A DNA stretch of 64,000 nucleotides from positions 1 to 64,000 of IMG/VR virus record IMGVR_UViG_3300042896_000657, one strand, 5' to 3'. This document shows positions 60,258 through 64,000 of this stretch, in pieces. The stretch's first letter is position 1. The number at the start of each line of letters is the position of its first letter. Under the pieces are notes generated by a model that worked only from the letters and a program-made list of their open reading frames with translations, did not search any database and was not told where the DNA came from. Source of the stretch: a virus. Made by a program: the position numbers and the translations under genes.

Positions 60258-60982
60258 TAAATATAAAAAAATTCATATTATTATTTATTATTTGTTTAGT
60301 TGGGAATTTATCTATGGCCCAAACCATAGGTAAAACCCAAACTGAACAATATAAAGCATCTTTTGAGACTTCTATTGATATTGAAAAATATATGGATTAT
60401 GATGGTCCTCAAATTCCAATTCAAATTCTTAAGGCAGGTATATCTGATGAGATGTATGAAATGTATCCTGAATTAAAGGAAAAACGCGTAGGGTTAGGTG
60501 TTGCTAATATATCAATGGAATATCTTGAAAATCTTAATCGCTTCAAATTTACCGAAGATAAAACGGAAATTAAGAATAGAATGGTTAAACAATTCCAAGC
60601 ATCTCAAGCTGGAATTAGTGAAAATAAATTAGATGGCCGTGGCAAAATTAATTTAGCAGAATATTTCGTTACCATTGAATGTTATGATTACTCAGTATCT
60701 GAAGATGAGACTATTAATCTAAAAGATGGAGTTAAGAATATGATGATTACTCGATTAGGTTTACAAGTAAGATTCACAAATGCAGAAACTGGTGTTGTAT
60801 TTGGAGCATCAGGATTGGGTGAAGCAAAAACAACTAGAGAATTAACATTTCTATCAGATGCTGCTGTGGATGAAATGAAGTTTAATCAATCAACAATATC
60901 AATAGCTACTAAAAAAGCATTAGATATAGCCTGTGCTCGTATATTGGATAGAATGATTAAAAAAGGAATATTTACAAAATAA
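60245..60982 (+). CDS. Exported CsgG-like protein
   Basis: Signal peptide; L...NRF...E, A.YFV......Y, LGLQVRF..AETG......GLG. Confidence 0.6.
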   Translation: MEMVVNIKKFILLFIICLVGNLSMAQTIGKTQTEQYKASFETSIDIEKYMDYDGPQIPIQILKAGISDEMYEMYPELKEKRVGLGVANISMEYLENLNRFKFTEDKTEIKNRMVKQFQASQAGISENKLDGRGKINLAEYFVTIECYDYSVSEDETINLKDGVKNMMITRLGLQVRFTNAETGVVFGASGLGEAKTTRELTFLSDAAVDEMKFNQSTISIATKKALDIACARILDRMIKKGIFTK

Positions 60983-61071
60983 AATATTACAAACCATATT
61001 TAATATTCTATAATATAGAATATATTAATATCAGAAGGTTATGATTCAAAATTAACATTTGAATTATCATA

Positions 61072-62325
61072 ATGAAAAAATGGATTGGGATATTATTAAT
61101 TATATTATCATATAGTTTAGACACTAAATCACAGGTATTAACACAAACATACTTAGATCCTTGTGATAGTAAAATGTATGTAGTATCATTTCCATTACCA
61201 ATATCTGTTATTACAGTTGCTATTAGAAATAAAGCAAAATCATTTACATACATAGATGCTCAAAATGGAACAATGTCTCAATGGATTGTTGGGATATTAT
61301 CAACTCCATGTCCTGTACCTGTAGCCGCAGTAGTAACACAAACACAAGTAGCTACTTCTGTAGCAAGATCAGCAGCAACTGTTGCTGCTACAGCAGCAGC
61401 AGCACCACCTCCTGTAGTAGTACCAACAGCAGCACCTGCTCCTGCAGCAGCACCTTCCTCAGCTCCTGCTGCTTCTTCATCAAGTACATCCTCATCATCT
61501 TCAAGTAGTAGCTCTGAATCATCTTCAAGTAGTAGTAGTTCGTCTGAATCAAAATCTGAATCAAGTAGTTCTGAGGAATCTAAAACTGAAGAATCGTCTT
61601 CCGAAGAATCATCTTCCGAAGAATCTAAATCTGAAGAAAAAGAAGAAGAAAAGAAAGAATCAAAAAACAAAGGTGCTAAACAACAAAAAATTAATCCATT
61701 ATTAATAGCATCAGATTTAACAACTGCTCAAAATCCAGACAATACATTCTCAGCAATAATGAATGTTGGGGTATCTAAAAATTCAATGGCTGGGGATGTA
61801 TCATATGGTGTAACTGGAATGGTATGGTCTAATCTAAATCAATTTGCTGTATCAAGTAGATATACTAAAATAACATTTAATGATGCCATGGCAACAACAG
61901 TAGCTAATACTAGTTTAACCACAGCATATGCAATGGGTAGCGTATTTGTATTTTTAGGGTATAGTGAAGTAATTAGTAAACCAAAACTTGGTGTTTTAGG
62001 ATATAATGTAAATTTAGGAGCAATGTTCTTAACGGGGGGTATTCAAAGTTACTTATCGTCATTAACAATGTTCTATATGAAACCCGTAGTATTAACTAAA
62101 AGAATAATTATTACACCTTCTATGTTTGCTAGCGGGACTCCTTTATTATATTCCCAAAGTCAAACATCAGTAGATACTAATTTAGCGTTAATGGCTGGTT
62201 CAACATTTGATTATGCTATTACTAAAAAATTTAAATTTGGTTTTGATTATAAAATTAGTTTTGGAACAGCACCTAATATTCCAATATTGAATATGGTTAT
62301 GGTTGGATCTAAAATTCAACTATAA
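61072..62325 (+). CDS. Exported protein: small N-terminal domain, Ala/Pro then Ser/Glu low-complexity linker, probable outer-membrane beta-barrel
   Basis: Signal peptide; AAAAPPP/SSSSSES/EEK tract; C-terminal amphipathic strands. Confidence 0.6.
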   Translation: MKKWIGILLIILSYSLDTKSQVLTQTYLDPCDSKMYVVSFPLPISVITVAIRNKAKSFTYIDAQNGTMSQWIVGILSTPCPVPVAAVVTQTQVATSVARSAATVAATAAAAPPPVVVPTAAPAPAAAPSSAPAASSSSTSSSSSSSSSESSSSSSSSSESKSESSSSEESKTEESSSEESSSEESKSEEKEEEKKESKNKGAKQQKINPLLIASDLTTAQNPDNTFSAIMNVGVSKNSMAGDVSYGVTGMVWSNLNQFAVSSRYTKITFNDAMATTVANTSLTTAYAMGSVFVFLGYSEVISKPKLGVLGYNVNLGAMFLTGGIQSYLSSLTMFYMKPVVLTKRIIITPSMFASGTPLLYSQSQTSVDTNLALMAGSTFDYAITKKFKFGFDYKISFGTAPNIPILNMVMVGSKIQL

Positions 62326-62326
62326 A

Positions 62327-62358
62327 TTTGGAGATGTCAGGGTAAGGCATTACATTGA
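62327..62358 (+). promoter_or_regulatory. sigmaA-type promoter (TTTG-N20-TACATTGA)
   Basis: Architecture match; TGTCA in spacer. Confidence 0.65.
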
Positions 62359-62382
62359 ATACATAAACATAAATAAATAAAA

Positions 62383-62664
62383 ATGAGTTACGATTTAGCA
62401 AACAAGTATGCGGAATTTGAAATTCCTAAAGAACTTAAACAAGTAGCACTCTCCAAACAATTATCATTAAGCGCTACTAAAATGGTATTATTTTCAGACC
62501 ATGTTCAATTAAGTAATGATGATGTAGATTACTACATGGCTTTAAAACCTGAAAGAATGGAGGATGAAAGTTTTGAAGATTACAAAAACAGACGTGTATT
62601 TACAAAACAATTATTTAAACATAGAACATTAATATTTGATTATTCAATTTACGAAACAATTTAA
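62383..62664 (+). CDS. Hypothetical protein
   Basis: PERMEDESFEDYK.RR motif. Confidence 0.6.
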   Translation: MSYDLANKYAEFEIPKELKQVALSKQLSLSATKMVLFSDHVQLSNDDVDYYMALKPERMEDESFEDYKNRRVFTKQLFKHRTLIFDYSIYETI

Positions 62665-62685
62665 AAACAATTTAAAAACAAAGTT

Positions 62686-62967
62686 ATGAGAAATTACGAC
62701 GATAATGAACCAGTACAAGAAATGAGCACACCATCCCAATTAACCAGAAATAGTGGAGAAAAAGAATTTATCCGTCCAAGAATAGATTATTTAAGAGATC
62801 ATGAAATAAGTATTAGATTTTTAAGTTTAGGATGTATAGTTAGAGTTGGATGTAAAGAAATAGCATTCACTTCAATTGACGAAGCAATGAAAGAAGTTAA
62901 TGCTTACGTTACTAATCCAGAAGCATCAACAGATAAATACAATAAATTATTTAACGAACAGAAATAA
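62686..62967 (+). CDS. Hypothetical protein
   Basis: I.FL..GC.V.VGCK.IAF motif. Confidence 0.6.
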   Translation: MRNYDDNEPVQEMSTPSQLTRNSGEKEFIRPRIDYLRDHEISIRFLSLGCIVRVGCKEIAFTSIDEAMKEVNAYVTNPEASTDKYNKLFNEQK

Positions 62968-62972
62968 AAATT

Positions 62973-63176
62973 ATGAGATATTATCAGGTAAAAGTTGAGT
63001 TTAAAACAGAAGACGATAAAGGTAAAATTAAACGCCAAAGTTATTTATATTTAGTAGATGCTCAATCAGTAACTGAGGCGGAAGCTAGAACAGTTAAATA
63101 TCTAAGAGAGCAATCAGAGGAAGATTTTGAAATTAAATCTGCAGGAGCTTCTAAAATTCTAGAAGTTTTACAATAA
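62973..63176 (+). CDS. DUF4494-like protein
   Basis: Y..KV......GK.K.....YLVDA.S.TEAEAR. Confidence 0.7.
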   Translation: MRYYQVKVEFKTEDDKGKIKRQSYLYLVDAQSVTEAEARTVKYLREQSEEDFEIKSAGASKILEVLQ

Positions 63177-63221
63177 TTTACATTTTTTAAAATTTACATA
63201 TATTTATATCAAATAATAATA

Positions 63222-63344
63222 ATGAAACGATTTAGCTTACATATTCAACTTTCGATACCCGCGATTAAAACGCAAGGGGAAGGCATGGTTTGTAATTGGG
63301 ATTATAATACCACAACAGGGTTAAAAGATACAGTATTGATATAA
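63222..63344 (+). CDS. Putative attenuator leader peptide (40 aa), not in ORF track
   Basis: MKRFSLHIQLSIPAIKTQGEGMVCNWDYNTTTGLKDTVLI*; preceded by ATATTTAT (63200), followed by a terminator. Confidence 0.7.
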   Translation: MKRFSLHIQLSIPAIKTQGEGMVCNWDYNTTTGLKDTVLI

Positions 63345-63368
63345 ATAAGTAACTAAAATACATAATCG

Positions 63369-63404
63369 AAAGCCCTGATCCAAAAAGTCAGGGCTTTTTG
63401 TTTT
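63369..63404 (+). terminator. Intrinsic terminator/attenuator upstream of tRNA array
   Basis: AAAGCCCTGA-TCCAAAAAG-TCAGGGCTTT-TTGTTTT. Confidence 0.88.
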
Positions 63405-63428
63405 GTCACAATAAAAATTGTACATTTA
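63397..63428 (+). promoter_or_regulatory. sigmaA-type promoter (TTTG-N20-TACATTTA) directly before tRNA-Cys
   Basis: Spacer TGTCACAATAAAAATT identical to that at 16131. Confidence 0.7.
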
Positions 63429-63436
63429 AATATAAT

Positions 63437-63507
63437 GGTTAGGTTGATCAAGGTGGTCGGTAAGTCTGCAAAACTTACTATAGTAGGTTCGATACCTATC
63501 CTAACCT
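63437..63507 (+). tRNA. tRNA-Cys(GCA)
   Basis: Acceptor GGTTAGG/CCTAACC, anticodon arm TAAGT-CTGCAAA-ACTTA, T-loop TTCGATA, U73; no encoded CCA. Confidence 0.9.
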
Positions 63508-63554
63508 CAGGTGGGTTTAATATTGTTCCCCGTGCGAAAAAAACAATATAAATT

Positions 63555-63627
63555 GGTACTTAAGCTAACTAGGTAGAAGCGATAGGTTGAAGACCTATAG
63601 GATAAGGTTCGATACCTTAAAGTACCA
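63555..63627 (+). tRNA. tRNA-Phe(GAA)
   Basis: Acceptor GGTACTT/AAGTACC, ATAGG-TTGAAGA-CCTAT, TAAGG-TTCGATA-CCTTA. Confidence 0.88.
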
Positions 63628-63674
63628 CATGAAAAAACAATTTGAGATGCTTTAGGTTAATTAACCTAATCATC

Positions 63675-63851
63675 ATGAAAAAGCTAAAAAGAGCAGAAAC
63701 AAACAAAGAATACAATCATGCATTAAAAAATTATAAATGTTATTGTATGATATGTAATAAAAGGGCAGGAATATATAATGCATATTGTGGTCCAAAGAGT
63801 GAAAAGAAAAATAAAAACTGGAAACAGTATAGAAAAACAAAATGGAAATGA
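63675..63851 (+). CDS. Small basic Cys-containing protein within tRNA array
   Basis: MKKLKRAETNKEY...CYCMIC...C...KNWKQYRKTKWK; ATG 63675 preferred over TTG 63642. Confidence 0.5.
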   Translation: MKKLKRAETNKEYNHALKNYKCYCMICNKRAGIYNAYCGPKSEKKNKNWKQYRKTKWK

Positions 63852-63898
63852 AAAAGTATAAACAGTAATACCCTCTAAGTAAACGAGGGAAATAAAAC

Positions 63899-63971
63899 GC
63901 CTTCGTAGCTTAATTGGTAGAGCAATATGCTTTTAACATATGTGGTGACAGTTCGATTCTGTCCGGGGGTA
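63899..63971 (+). tRNA. tRNA-Lys(TTT)
   Basis: Acceptor GCCTTCG/CGGGGGT, ATATG-CTTTTAA-CATAT, GACAG-TTCGATT-CTGTC. Confidence 0.9.
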
Positions 63972-63976
63972 CAAAA

Positions 63977-64000
63977 GTAAGTGTAGCACAATTGGTAGTG
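63977..64000 (+). tRNA. 5' part of a further tRNA, truncated by window edge
   Basis: GTAAGTG-TA-GCAC-AATTGGTA-GTG resembles acceptor strand plus D-arm. Confidence 0.7.

Noticed and set aside
8462-61508. Short + strand alternate-frame ORFs (8462, 22347, 30532, 61281)
   Set aside because: Fully nested in longer genes with clear family motifs.
61480-61660. Tandem TCAAGTAGT/GAAGAATC-like repeats as a possible CRISPR array or VNTR
   Set aside because: Degenerate codon repeats of a Ser/Glu linker; no constant repeat-spacer structure.
450-61670. All minus-strand ORFs in the track (e.g. 450-770, 16640-16969, 24302-24775, 34578-34967, 61278-61670)
   Set aside because: Antisense shadows of well-supported + strand genes, with no recognisable motifs or own expression signals.
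51684-62325. Bacterial chromosome segment or prophage boundary at the TBDT/envelope genes
   Set aside because: Same strand, composition and phage promoter motifs continue; lysis genes are interleaved; no integrase or att site seen. A chimeric assembly cannot be fully excluded without reads.
63222-63400. T-box riboswitch upstream of the tRNAs
   Set aside because: No recognisable T-box consensus or stem I; a translated leader explains the layout better.
1-64000. Alternative genetic code (stop-codon reassignment)
   Set aside because: Standard code gives dense, full-length genes; TAG and TGA end genes at expected positions.

Overview
A 64-kb segment of a large, AT-rich, contractile-tailed (T4-like/jumbo-type) phage genome. 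All credible genes are on the + strand. The host is probably a Bacteroidota, based on TTTG-N19/20-TAyATT promoters, A-rich starts without Shine-Dalgarno sequences, DUF4494/DUF5522-like genes and a T9SS-CTD-like lipoprotein. Gene order: tail sheath/tube, tail chaperone with a probable +1 frameshift, tape measure and baseplate (1-12.7 kb); compact PolA-like protein and a set of putative capsid-internal proteins sharing an N-terminal peptide (12.7-16 kb); SSB, UvsX/RecA, 5'-3' exonuclease, helicase, thioredoxin, class II RNR (16-23 kb); 7-deazaguanine genes queD, DpdA/TGT-like, queC, folE, plus a dCTP deaminase-like gene (23.7-28.5 kb); PolB, clamp, Hsp20/GroES/GroEL, clamp loader (30-39 kb); a glycosyl/methyltransferase island (40-50 kb); an envelope/secreted-protein module with lysis genes and a TonB-dependent transporter pair (51.7-62.3 kb); and the start of a tRNA array (Cys, Phe, Lys, one partial). 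Top candidate novel system: an unannotated 40-codon leader ORF (63222-63344) whose first 28 codons encode all 20 amino acids. It is coupled to mutually exclusive antiterminator/terminator hairpins directly upstream of the tRNA array, which looks like a pan-tRNA-sensing attenuator that would switch on phage tRNAs when any host tRNA becomes limiting. Product calls come from motif recognition by eye, not database searches.
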